A stretch of 64,000 bases of DNA, from the NCBI GenBank assembly GCA_016192455.1, contig JACPUC010000007.1, forward strand, positions 132,720 through 196,719. The letters run 5' to 3'. The first letter of the stretch is position 1, and each line of letters starts with the position of its first letter. Below, in pieces: positions 19,658 through 30,170 of this stretch. The notes under the pieces were generated by a model. That model did no database searches. It was not told the origin of the DNA and saw only the letters and a program-made list of their open reading frames with translations. This DNA comes from Candidatus Tectimicrobiota bacterium. GTDB lineage: Bacteria > JACPUC01. Both the position numbers and the translations under genes were made by a program.

Positions 19658-19713
19658 CTCTGCGTCTCCGCGGTGCACTCCATTGAACCGCAGAGACGCA
19701 GAGCACGCAGAGG
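19658..19713. repeat. Inverted repeat of CGCAGAG tandem units
   Basis: CTCTGCGTCTCCGCGGT ... ACCGCAGAGACGCAGAGCACGCAGAGG (17-bp arms, one mismatch). Confidence 0.65.
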
Positions 19714-19882
19714 TGAAGGACGCTGGCCGCGCGACCGTCAGCCTCATCATCGCGTAAAATCAAACACTTAGGGGTGATTTTTCCAAACAGTTCCGATGTG
19801 CCTCCGGCCCGCCCGCAAGAGCGTGAAAATGGGGTTTACAGTGAGCGACCGTCTCTCATGTCGAAGGGTTCGGCCCCCAGGT

Positions 19883-19961
19883 GTAGGGGCGCCGCTTGCT
19901 GCGCCCCAGCCTGGAGGCTCAAAGAGGGTGACTCAGCGGGCGGGGCAAGCCCCGCCCCTAC
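19883..19961. repeat. REPIN-like pair of inverted GTAG-type REPs
   Basis: GTAGGGGCGCCGCTTGCTGCGCCCC ... GGGCGGGGCAAGCCCCGCCCCTAC. Confidence 0.7.
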
Positions 19962-20182
19962 GGCTCTGCACATCCCGGCCGCTGTGACTCGTACGGTGGC
20001 AAACCTGCAAGGTCGTCAAATCAACCACTTCGAGGTTCTTTTTCCCAAGCGTGGCGGCGAGGTTCTTCTCCGGGTGCTGCAGGACCTCGGGGTAGGCAGG
20101 GGGCTGAGGCTCCTCCCTGGAGGAACTCTCTCCGGCGCGGCAGAGGGCGCGCCTCGAGAGCGCAGCCTTTGGCGTTCCAGGC

Positions 20183-20211
20183 TTGTCCTTCGCCGGCGGC
20201 GAGGTTATATT
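20183..20211 (+). promoter_or_regulatory. Putative sigma70 promoter
   Basis: TTGTCC-N17-TATATT. Confidence 0.45.
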
Positions 20212-20241
20212 GGTGGGCAGCGAGGTTGTCTGTTGTGACGT

Positions 20242-20275
20242 GGGGTGGCGCCGGTGGGTGGTGCGCCCCTTTTAT
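20242..20275 (+). terminator. Intrinsic-terminator-like hairpin within the leader of the 20400 gene
   Basis: GGGGTGGCGCC-loop-GGTGCGCCCC followed by TTTTAT. Confidence 0.4.
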
Positions 20276-20399
20276 CTTCGGGCAGGCATACTTCCAAAGA
20301 GGCGGCGCCTGCCTTCTTGCTGAATAGGGTCGGGTGCGGAAGGGCCAGGCCTTCAGGGTGGGGCCGGCGCGATGTCCTGCAATCTGCGGGGGTAGAGCG

Positions 20400-21032
20400 A
20401 TGCCAACGTTAAAGCAGCAACTCTTTCAACAGAGTGCCGCAGAGAGGGTGAAGCGCCTCGTTGCCGAGTACAAGAAGCGTTACGAACCGAAGAAAGAAGA
20501 CCGCTTTCACTTTGACGGCATCACCTATGAGTTTGGCCCGCCGGTCGCGGCCCAAGGGGGGATCGAGTTTGAGATCAGCTCGAAGATCCCGCATGAAGAG
20601 TTCGTCGATGCCGAGTTTCGCAAGCGCTACTTCAGCGAAGTTCGCAAGATTATGATGAAGGGCGAGAAACGCCCCATCGCCATTGACATGGAAAACATCA
20701 TCCGCGAGCTCGGCAGCGATGAGGTGAAGGCGCGGGAGTATGTCAAGCTTCGCTACTTCTATAAAGACAGCGAGCTCTATGACGAGGAGGAAATTCGCTG
20801 CCAAGCCGACGACTATCGCAAGCCGGGGAGCAAGAAAACGCCGCCCAAGTACAATGGCATCAACACGCTGGAAGGAAACCTGCTGGTTGATGCGGTGGCG
20901 GAGAAGATCTGCGAGCAGGCCAGGCTGACGATGGATGCCTTGGTAGCCGCCAACCAGGAGGTGCGGGTCAGCCTTGGCAAGCAGCGCGGCTCGAAGAGCG
21001 GCAAGGAAAAAGCGACAACCTCGGCTTCCTGA
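20400..21032 (+). CDS. Hypothetical soluble K/E-rich protein
   Basis: Clear coding composition (MPTLKQQLFQQ...); no family recognised. Confidence 0.8.
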   Translation: MPTLKQQLFQQSAAERVKRLVAEYKKRYEPKKEDRFHFDGITYEFGPPVAAQGGIEFEISSKIPHEEFVDAEFRKRYFSEVRKIMMKGEKRPIAIDMENIIRELGSDEVKAREYVKLRYFYKDSELYDEEEIRCQADDYRKPGSKKTPPKYNGINTLEGNLLVDAVAEKICEQARLTMDALVAANQEVRVSLGKQRGSKSGKEKATTSAS

Positions 21033-21352
21033 GGGTAGCCGAGTTAACCGCTCACGATAGCGCCGCAAACGGGAGGAACTCCACATCCTCCCGTTTTCGC
21101 TGTTCCGGAGTGGTGTTGAGAGCAGGGAATGAAGCCGTGGCGGCAGGCACCTCATCTCGCCAGGCTGCGCCTTCCCGGGTAGGGAGCGCGGGCGAGGGGC
21201 TTCCACTCTTTGTTGATGACGAGACCTTCCGCCGCCGCGGCGCCGCCACCCCGGCGCCAGCCCTCTCCCCCCGAGACCTCCCCTCCTGACGGCAGCGTTC
21301 GTCTCCTCGGCGCTCAACTCCCTGCCGACCTCAGGTGGCCGGCGGGCGTCCC

Positions 21353-22048
21353 CTACCTGCGCCTCGCGTCGCCGTTGCGAGAGACACGCCTTGCCGTATT
21401 CCACATCCGTCCGCTCGCGGTGTGCGCACTCATGGCCCGGCTGACTTTCTTCAAGGCGTTGTTCTGAATCTGCCGCACCCTCTCCCGCGTCAGCCGCAGG
21501 GAACGACCAATTTCCTCCAGGGTGCGCGGCAACGAACCATTCAATCCCAGCCGATGCAGCAGAACATGCACTTCCATGGGACTCAGGCCGTCGCCAAGGT
21601 TCGTGAGGCGGTGGCGGTTCTTCTGCAGGTAGGCCACAACGCCGGGATGAGAGCTCGGCGCCTGGGGGCCGGAATGACCAAACTGCGGACGTCGCGGTAT
21701 GTCGTACTCGCGCAGGCGAGCGAGGATGGTGGACTTGCTGATTTTGCATTGCTGCGCAATGCGGCTGGCGGTGGCGCCAAGATCCTGGTACTGATGCCGC
21801 AACCAGCCCTCCTCGACGGCGATCTTCCGGGAGTGCGGCTTGTGCGGCATCTCGATGTCCGCCTCGAACTTCGCCTCATCGAGGTGCAACGTCTCGATCA
21901 AACGGTGTAAACTCTTGCGACTAGGAATGCGGTTCTTCTTCTCGAAATAGTAGATCGTCGTTGCGCTCAGTCCACTGAGCCGGCTTAACTCCTTTCGTGA
22001 GATGCCCAGAACCTTGCGAATTTCCTTCAGCTTCTGATCAATCCGCAT
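21353..22048 (-). CDS. Multi-HTH regulator: XRE HTH + central HTH + sigma70 region 4
   Basis: LKEIRKVLGISRKELSRLSGLSATTIYYFE (XRE); TASRIAQQCKISKSTILARLREYDI (HTH); RTLEEIGRSLRLTRERVRQIQNNALKK (sigma70 r4.2). Confidence 0.85.
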   Translation of the reverse strand: MRIDQKLKEIRKVLGISRKELSRLSGLSATTIYYFEKKNRIPSRKSLHRLIETLHLDEAKFEADIEMPHKPHSRKIAVEEGWLRHQYQDLGATASRIAQQCKISKSTILARLREYDIPRRPQFGHSGPQAPSSHPGVVAYLQKNRHRLTNLGDGLSPMEVHVLLHRLGLNGSLPRTLEEIGRSLRLTRERVRQIQNNALKKVSRAMSAHTASGRMWNTARRVSRNGDARRR

Positions 22049-22454
22049 AGCATTGCACCCCCCAACATGCTTCGCCCAGGCGATAGCAGGGGACCACGCC
22101 CAGCACCTCCAGGCCCGAACCGGGGAACGTTTCGGGGCGCCAGGCTCCTTGATGATCAGGATGAGACTAACGTAAACGTGCTTGCGGCAGCTTTACAGAA
22201 ACTTAATTAACGCAGGGATAGTTTTGCAGAAAAGTTGTGTCAAGTCAACAAGATTTCCGCATCAATCTTAAGGTAAAATCTAGGATAACATTGGAAAGAT
22301 ATTGAAAAGTCTGCATAATGTTAATATGTAGAATTTCTTCCCTAAGATGCCTTGCCGCTGGGACTTCGAGGAGAAGGGGAGGAATTGCTGTCAGGGTGAC
22401 AGCGCTAAACCCTTACAAAATCGGGGAAAAGGTTCAACTGCTCTGGAGCCACGC

Positions 22455-22482
22455 TCAAGGTCCACGCCGCAGCGTCCGATAC
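22455..22482 (+). promoter_or_regulatory. sigma28-like promoter upstream of the YcgR-like gene
   Basis: TCAA-N16-TCCGATAC; ~365 nt upstream of the start codon. Confidence 0.4.
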
Positions 22483-22846
22483 AACCAGAGGAGGCCGCTG
22501 CGCGATTGCCGCTGCCGCGGTCCGCAGGCGTGCCGGGGATCGCACCTCCTGATAGCATGACTGCCATGGCCGCCCGCTCAGGCAAGACCTCTCTGCAGAT
22601 AGACAGGAGAGGAGCGCTTCGGTATCGGTCACTGCGGCAGCGCGCCGCCGCCTGGTGGAGACCGCTTCAGACACTCCTCTGGAGCGCTTCACCCACCAGG
22701 CGTCCCCTTCTGGCGTGCCAGTCCCGGCGTTGCGGTGCCGGCAAGGCCAGCAGGTTGAGCCGCGCCCGATTACAGGCTAGGGTGAAGATGCGAATTCGCC
22801 GCCAAGCCGAGAACTCCCCCCCCACGAAGCCACAGGTGTTCCGGAG

Positions 22847-23467
22847 ATGAATGGAGCCTTGCGTCACTTGACCATCGGCGCCCAGCTTGAGTTGCTGGAG
22901 CACCGCCTGCGGGCTACGCAGCAGTATGCCAGCACCCTGATTGGATGGAAACCCGAGACGTTCATCATTGTGGACGTTTCCGGCGCTTCGCCGGAGAGTC
23001 TCGAGCTTCCCCTCGGGGCTATCCTGCACGCGCGCTTTGAGAGGTCCAGCAAGCTCTTCACCTTCGAGACCAAGGTGATCAGCCTGGAGCCCAAGCCATG
23101 TCCCCTGCTCTTCCTCAGCTACCCCAGTCTGGTGAAGGAGCTAGCGATGCGGCGGCATCGCCGTATGCTTACGACGATCCCGGTCACCATCTTCAGTGTG
23201 CTGACGAACAAGGGGACCATCCTCGACCTGAGCGAGGGGGGCGCACTCGTCCATACGGACACGGAGATTCCCTCCGGGAGCACCGTCTTCCTCTCCTTCC
23301 AGCTCCCGAACGGCGACCGCGTCGAGCATTGCAAGTGCTGGGTACGCCACACCAAGCTGGCTACGGCGCAGCCGGGGTATCAACTAGGGCTGGAGTTCGT
23401 TGACATCGAAAACTCCTTCGAGCGCCGCAGCCTGCAGCCCGAGCCCGGCTACTCCTTCATCGGCTAG
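22847..23467 (+). CDS. YcgR-like flagellar brake / PilZ-domain c-di-GMP receptor
   Basis: N-terminal YcgR-N-like beta domain (FTFETKV..LLFLSYP), RRHRR and DLSEGG PilZ motifs, GLEF. Confidence 0.85.
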   Translation: MNGALRHLTIGAQLELLEHRLRATQQYASTLIGWKPETFIIVDVSGASPESLELPLGAILHARFERSSKLFTFETKVISLEPKPCPLLFLSYPSLVKELAMRRHRRMLTTIPVTIFSVLTNKGTILDLSEGGALVHTDTEIPSGSTVFLSFQLPNGDRVEHCKCWVRHTKLATAQPGYQLGLEFVDIENSFERRSLQPEPGYSFIG

Positions 23468-23769
23468 CGCCGCGTCTGACACGTTCGCTGACAAATTCGA
23501 TCCGTGGCGCCTGGCAGGTCCCGCGCTGTCCGCGGGCGAGCGCCACAGCGCAGGCTCATGAAGCCGCGCCTCGGCTCGGCTCTCCTTGCTCCTCGACACC
23601 CCCAGGCGCCGCAACGCCTGCTTCCCCAACCGGCGCCGGACCACCCGCCTGAGCGCTGTTCCTCCTCCATCCTACCCCGCCCAGCAAACTGGGGACCGAT
23701 CTCGTCCTTTGCGTCCCGGTGTGTCCCGGGCTGGAGAGCGCAACGCCCCTTGGGGTGAACTCGGTTCCT

Positions 23770-25131
<1,362 letters not shown>

Positions 25132-25330
25132 GGAACCCCCTCTCGCCGCATCCCACCCCTGCCCGCAGCAGCAGAAGCCTCTCACGCACGGGCCGAAGAC
25201 GTGCTATCTTGAATATACTCCCATCGTGGGACAAAATGACACATTCTTTTCCCATCTTCAACGTTCAGGAAGCGCCGTTTGCTCTTTGGGCCGTGCCAGG
25301 CCCAGGAACGCAGGTGCGGCGGCGGAAGCG

Positions 25331-25924
25331 ATGCGTATCCAATCGGCAGAGCACGTAGCCAGCGCCGTCTATCCCGGCCAGTACCCGCGCAAGCCCCTCC
25401 CCGAGGTCGCCCTGGTGGGGCGCTCGAACGTGGGCAAGTCGTCGCTGCTGAACGTGCTCATGAACCGCAAGGGGCTGGCGCGCACCAGCTCGGAACCGGG
25501 CAAGACGCGGCTCGTGAACTTCTACGAGGTCAACGGCAGGCTGCGTCTGGTCGACCTCCCCGGCTACGGCTACGCCAAGGTGCCGGAATCGGTGCGGCGC
25601 TCCTGGATGGGCATGATCGAGAAGTACGTGGCGCGCGAAGGATTCCTGCGGGCCGTCCTGCATATCCTCGATGCCCGCCACGCCCCCTCGGCCAACGATC
25701 TCCTGGTGCGCGACTTCTGCAGCGACATGCCCTACGAGGTGATCACCGTCATCACCAAGATGGACAAGCTCAAACAGAGTGAACGGCAGCGCCAGGTGCG
25801 CCTCATCGCCGATTCCCTGGCGCTAGCCGAGCAGCCAATCTGCTTCTCAGCGGTGACAGGGGAAGGGAGGAGCGTGCTCTGGCAGGCAATCACGCAGATT
25901 CTCGCAGCGGCGCCAAAGCCGTAA
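25331..25924 (+). CDS. engB: Ribosome biogenesis GTP-binding protein YihA/YsxC (EngB)
   Basis: GRSNVGKSSLLN, ARTSSEPGKT, DLPGYGYAKV, TKMDK. Confidence 0.95.
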   Translation: MRIQSAEHVASAVYPGQYPRKPLPEVALVGRSNVGKSSLLNVLMNRKGLARTSSEPGKTRLVNFYEVNGRLRLVDLPGYGYAKVPESVRRSWMGMIEKYVAREGFLRAVLHILDARHAPSANDLLVRDFCSDMPYEVITVITKMDKLKQSERQRQVRLIADSLALAEQPICFSAVTGEGRSVLWQAITQILAAAPKP

Positions 25925-26084
25925 CTGGTTCCGCTGCTCCGGCTCGGCATGGAGAGCAGAGCGGCGGGATTTCCATAGAAAGGCCGGAAATCGCCTCAGG
26001 ACGATGCGGGTCGATTCGCCACCTCAGTGGTGAAGCAGGCCCTGCGCGCCTCCTCGCAGTGGAGGCGGTGCAGAGGAGGAGGTC

Positions 26085-26462
26085 ATGATAAAACTGGATC
26101 ACTTCCACCACGCCACCCTCCCCATCACCGACAAGGGGCGGGCGGATGCGTTCTATGAGGAGCTGCTCGGCTTCCACCGCTTGCCACGCCCGCAGCTCAG
26201 CTTTGATGGCACCTGGCTGCGGCTCGGCGACATGCAGCTCCATCTCGTGGTGGTTGATGAGGAGGAGATGCGCACGCTGCGCCAGGGACGACAGGCGGTG
26301 CGGCACCTCGCCTTCATGATCAATGACTACGACGCCACCAAGCAGGCGCTGCAGGATGCCGGCATGCCCTTCCGTGAAAGTGTCGCGGGTACCAATCGCC
26401 AGCTCTTCTGCCAGGATCCGGATGGGAATGTTCTCGAGTTCATCCACCCCGGACCGGCTTGA
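26085..26462 (+). CDS. VOC/glyoxalase family protein
   Basis: FHH, FYEELLG, RP..SFDGTW, HLAF, QLFCQDPDGNVLEF; strong GGAGG RBS. Confidence 0.9.
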   Translation: MIKLDHFHHATLPITDKGRADAFYEELLGFHRLPRPQLSFDGTWLRLGDMQLHLVVVDEEEMRTLRQGRQAVRHLAFMINDYDATKQALQDAGMPFRESVAGTNRQLFCQDPDGNVLEFIHPGPA

Positions 26463-26662
26463 AGAAAGAGGCTGGAAAAGCTGGGGTGGGATCGAGGCCA
26501 GCCTCGGCGCCGGCGCAAAGCCAGTTCCTCCTTCGAACAGAAGGACTTCCGGTCGGCGGGCAAGGATTCCCCGCCGGGACGCGCCGCCGCGCGCCTGCAT
26601 GGCGCCACCTTCCTCCCCGTCACCGCGGCTCCAACTCAGAAGAAGAGTTTCCGGCTCGCTCC

Positions 26663-29600
26663 TTAGCTTCTTTCCGAAGTCTCCTCAGGCGTGCTTGGTG
26701 ATGCGTCGCTTGGGGTGCGGTCTGACTTTTGTGGAGCATCGTTCCCCGCCTGCGCGGCAGGGGCGTCGGAGGCCGCCGCCGCAGGAGAGCCTTCCTCCAT
26801 CTTGATCGCTTCCGAGGCGACCTTGCCAGCCCTCGTCTTCTCTTCCCTCGGAAGGACGTCTCCGTCCATGGGAGGAGAGACCATCACCGACATCGGTGCG
26901 CCCTCTGCACGCGCCGCGCGCACTGGCGAGACGCCTGCCTCCTCGCCACCGTCTCGCGCCGCCTGCGCGGGGCCCCTCGCCGCCTGCCGAAGGGTTCCGC
27001 TCACCTCCCAGCCGAGGAGACGCTGCACCCATGAGAGCAGATCATCGAGCACGGCGTAAAAACATGGCAGCACCACCAGCGTCAGGATGGTGGAGAAGGT
27101 CAGCCCCCAGATGATCGTCTGCGCCATCGGCGACAGGAAGCGGGCCTGGCCGGAGGCGAAAAAGGCCAGAGAAAAAAGACCGCCCACGGTAGTGATGCTG
27201 GTGAGGAGGATCGGCCGCATGCGCAAGATGCCTCCCTGCACCAGAGCCTCCTGCAGGCCGACCCCCTGGCGTCGCAGACGGTTGACGAGATCGACCAGCA
27301 CCAGGGAGTCGTTCACCACGATCCCTGCCAGGGCCACCAGCCCCAGCATGGAGAGGATGGTGAGGCTCTGTCCCATCACCACATGGCCGAGGATGACTCC
27401 ATTGACGGCAAACGGAATGGCGAAGAGCACCACGAGCGGTTGCAGGTAGGACTTGAACAGGCCGCCCAGGATGAAGTAGACGAGGAAGAGAGCCACGATC
27501 GAGACCCGCAGCAGCGATTGGAACGATTCCTCCGTCTCCTTGCGTTCGCCCTTCACGATCAGCCGGTAGCCGGGGGAGCGCCGCTCAAGATCGGCAAATC
27601 GGGATAGGACGGCGTTGGTAACCTGCAGAGCATTGCCACCCTTCTGATCAATATCCGCCAGCACGGTGATAGCCCGCTTGCGATCCCGCCGCACGACCTT
27701 GCTCTGGCCCGGCTCCTCCTTCAGCTCCGCCACCTCGTTGAAATAGACCTTCTCCCCGGAGGCGGTGGTGATGAGCAGGTCCTCGATGGAGCGCAGCGTC
27801 CGCCGCTCGGCCTCCGGAAACTTGACCACGATCGGGATGTCCTCGTAGCTCGTCTGGATTTTCGACGCCTCCTCCCCGTAGAAGCTCTGGCGCACCTGCC
27901 TGGCGATCTCCGCCACGCTAAGACCGAGGTTCCAGGCGCGCTCCTTCGGATAGATCTTCACCTCGGTCTTCCCCGGCGTGTAGTCGTCGCGGATATCCTT
28001 CACGAAACGGAACGAGGCGAGCTGCGCCTTGAGCTGCGTGGAGAGGTGCTGCAGAACCTCGTAATCTTCGCCGACGATGACGACTTCGATCGCCGCGCCG
28101 ACCGGCCCGGCCTGCAGCTTGACGACCTGCAACTTTCGCAGGCCGGAGACCGCCCGCAAGCGTTCCCGCACCTCCGCGATGATCTCCTCGCTGCTGCGTT
28201 TGCGCTGGGTGACCTCGCGCAGTTCAACGATAAGCTGAGCCAGGTGCGAGCCCAGTTCGAAACGGTTTGAATCGAGGTAGGTCACGCCGGCATTCGTGGA
28301 GACGGAGACGAGCTCCTCCGGCGGCAGGCTGCGGAAGAGCAAGCTCTCGATCGGTCTCACGCGCTCGGCGGTCGCTTCCAGGCTGGAGCCGATGGGGGTT
28401 TCGACGTTGATGAAAAACTGCGTCGCCTCGAACTCGCTGAAGAGCTGGAAGGGCAGATGCACGAAGGCGAAGAGGACGAAGAGCACCGTGATGCAGACGG
28501 AGATGACGACGCTGACGTAGCGCCAGTCGAGCAGGCTGCGCAGCATCCTGGCGTAGAGGTCGAGGGCACGCTTGAAACGCCGTTTCGAGCTCTGAAAGCG
28601 TTGCCGCACCTTTTCGCCATTCACCCAATCGGCGAGGTGCGAGGGGAGGATGAAGAGCGCCTCGAAGAGCGAGGCCGCCAGGGCAAAGCTTACCACGATC
28701 GGGATGACCTGCATGAACTTCCCCAAGTTGCCGGTCATCAACAGCATCGGCAAAAAAGCGGCGATTGTCGTGGTGACCGTGGCGATCACCGGCCAGGCCA
28801 CCTCTTGCACCCCGCGCACCGCCGCCGCGGCGGGTTCCATCCCCTCCTCGATATAACGGTAGACGTTCTCGCCAATGACGATGGCGTCATCGACGATCAT
28901 GCCCAGTACCAGGATGAGGCTGAACATCGACAGCATGTTCAGGCTGATGCCGGTGAAGTTCATCAGCACCAGGGCGCCGAGAAAGGCGAAGGGGATGCCG
29001 ATGACCGTCATCAGCGCCAGGCGCAGATCGAGCACCAGGTAAAGGATGACCAGGACGATCACCAGACCGACGGCGCCGTTGTTCTTCAACGTGTTGAGCC
29101 GGTTGCGCAGGTAGATGGAGAAATCATTGAAGACGCCCAGTTCGACGCCGGGGGGCAGCTCCCGCTGCAGTCGCTGGGCAAGGTCGCGCACTCGCCTGGC
29201 GATCTGGATGGCGTCGCCGGCCTTCGTCTTGGTGACCGTGAGGTTGATGGCGGGCTTGCCGTTGAAGCGGCCCAGCGTCGTCGGCTCCTCGAAGGTGTCG
29301 TGCACCCTGGCAAGATCACGCACGTAGAGGTGGTTGCCGAGGGGATCGGCGCGGACGATGAGGTTCTCCACCTGCGCCGCGGCCGTCACTTCACCGACGG
29401 TGCGCACGAGCAGCTCGCCGCGCGCCGTCTTCAGCGTACCACCCGGCACGTTGAGGTTGCTGCTCAGCAGGGCGCGGCGAACGTCCTCGAGACTCAACTG
29501 GTAGCGCTGCAGCGCCGCCGGCACCACCTCCACCCACACCTCGCGCTTGCGCAGGCCGGCGACGCCGACCCGAGCCACTCCCGCTAGATCGCTGATGCGC

Positions 29601-30076
29601 CGCTCGGCCTCGTCGGCGATGCGCTTCATGGTCAGCTCGGGGAGGTCGCCGAAGATGGACACGGTGATGACCGGGAAGCGGGCTTTCAGCTCGCTCACCT
29701 TCGGGTCTTCCGCGTCGGCCGGCAGGTCGTCGATGGTGTCGATCTCCGCCTTGATGTCATCGATGGCGCGCGCCACCTCCTCGCCATGCTTCAGCTTCAC
29801 CACGATGGTGGAGAGCGATTCCTGCGAGGTGGACTCGATGGACTCGATGCCGTCGACCCGGTCGATCGCATCCTCGAGCTTGATCGTGAGGAGCTGCTCG
29901 ACCTCCTCCGCCGAAGCGCCGCGATACTCGGTCACCACGCGAATGGCATCGAAGGAGAACTCCGGGAAAATCTCCCGCGGCATGGTGAGGTACGTGACCA
30001 CACCCGCCACCATGATGACCACGAAGAGGAGGTTGACGAGCACGGAGTTGGCGATGACGGTACGGAAGACGGACAT
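26663..30076 (-). CDS. RND efflux permease (AcrB/AcrD/AcrF family) with low-complexity C-terminal tail
   Basis: GMIVDDAIVIGENV, GIVVNDSLVL, RMRPILLTSITT; two TM clusters; start MSVFRTV at 30076. Confidence 0.93.
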   Translation of the reverse strand: MSVFRTVIANSVLVNLLFVVIMVAGVVTYLTMPREIFPEFSFDAIRVVTEYRGASAEEVEQLLTIKLEDAIDRVDGIESIESTSQESLSTIVVKLKHGEEVARAIDDIKAEIDTIDDLPADAEDPKVSELKARFPVITVSIFGDLPELTMKRIADEAERRISDLAGVARVGVAGLRKREVWVEVVPAALQRYQLSLEDVRRALLSSNLNVPGGTLKTARGELLVRTVGEVTAAAQVENLIVRADPLGNHLYVRDLARVHDTFEEPTTLGRFNGKPAINLTVTKTKAGDAIQIARRVRDLAQRLQRELPPGVELGVFNDFSIYLRNRLNTLKNNGAVGLVIVLVILYLVLDLRLALMTVIGIPFAFLGALVLMNFTGISLNMLSMFSLILVLGMIVDDAIVIGENVYRYIEEGMEPAAAAVRGVQEVAWPVIATVTTTIAAFLPMLLMTGNLGKFMQVIPIVVSFALAASLFEALFILPSHLADWVNGEKVRQRFQSSKRRFKRALDLYARMLRSLLDWRYVSVVISVCITVLFVLFAFVHLPFQLFSEFEATQFFINVETPIGSSLEATAERVRPIESLLFRSLPPEELVSVSTNAGVTYLDSNRFELGSHLAQLIVELREVTQRKRSSEEIIAEVRERLRAVSGLRKLQVVKLQAGPVGAAIEVVIVGEDYEVLQHLSTQLKAQLASFRFVKDIRDDYTPGKTEVKIYPKERAWNLGLSVAEIARQVRQSFYGEEASKIQTSYEDIPIVVKFPEAERRTLRSIEDLLITTASGEKVYFNEVAELKEEPGQSKVVRRDRKRAITVLADIDQKGGNALQVTNAVLSRFADLERRSPGYRLIVKGERKETEESFQSLLRVSIVALFLVYFILGGLFKSYLQPLVVLFAIPFAVNGVILGHVVMGQSLTILSMLGLVALAGIVVNDSLVLVDLVNRLRRQGVGLQEALVQGGILRMRPILLTSITTVGGLFSLAFFASGQARFLSPMAQTIIWGLTFSTILTLVVLPCFYAVLDDLLSWVQRLLGWEVSGTLRQAARGPAQAARDGGEEAGVSPVRAARAEGAPMSVMVSPPMDGDVLPREEKTRAGKVASEAIKMEEGSPAAAASDAPAAQAGNDAPQKSDRTPSDASPSTPEETSERS

Positions 30077-30170
30077 GCTTCGCTCTACCCGAGCTTCCTG
30101 TTCAGCAAGCGCGACGGGGAAGCCCGCCTCATCTCCCAGGGTTCGGCTTGCTCTCTCCCGGCTTGGCCGC

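Noticed and set aside
19532-19961. Possible CRISPR array
   Set aside because: The repeats are palindromes of different families, not identical direct repeats with unique spacers; no cas genes.
22318-22850. Short ORFs between the XRE-sigma4 gene and the YcgR-like gene
   Set aside because: Arg/Pro/Ala-rich translations without motifs; more likely regulatory or leader DNA.
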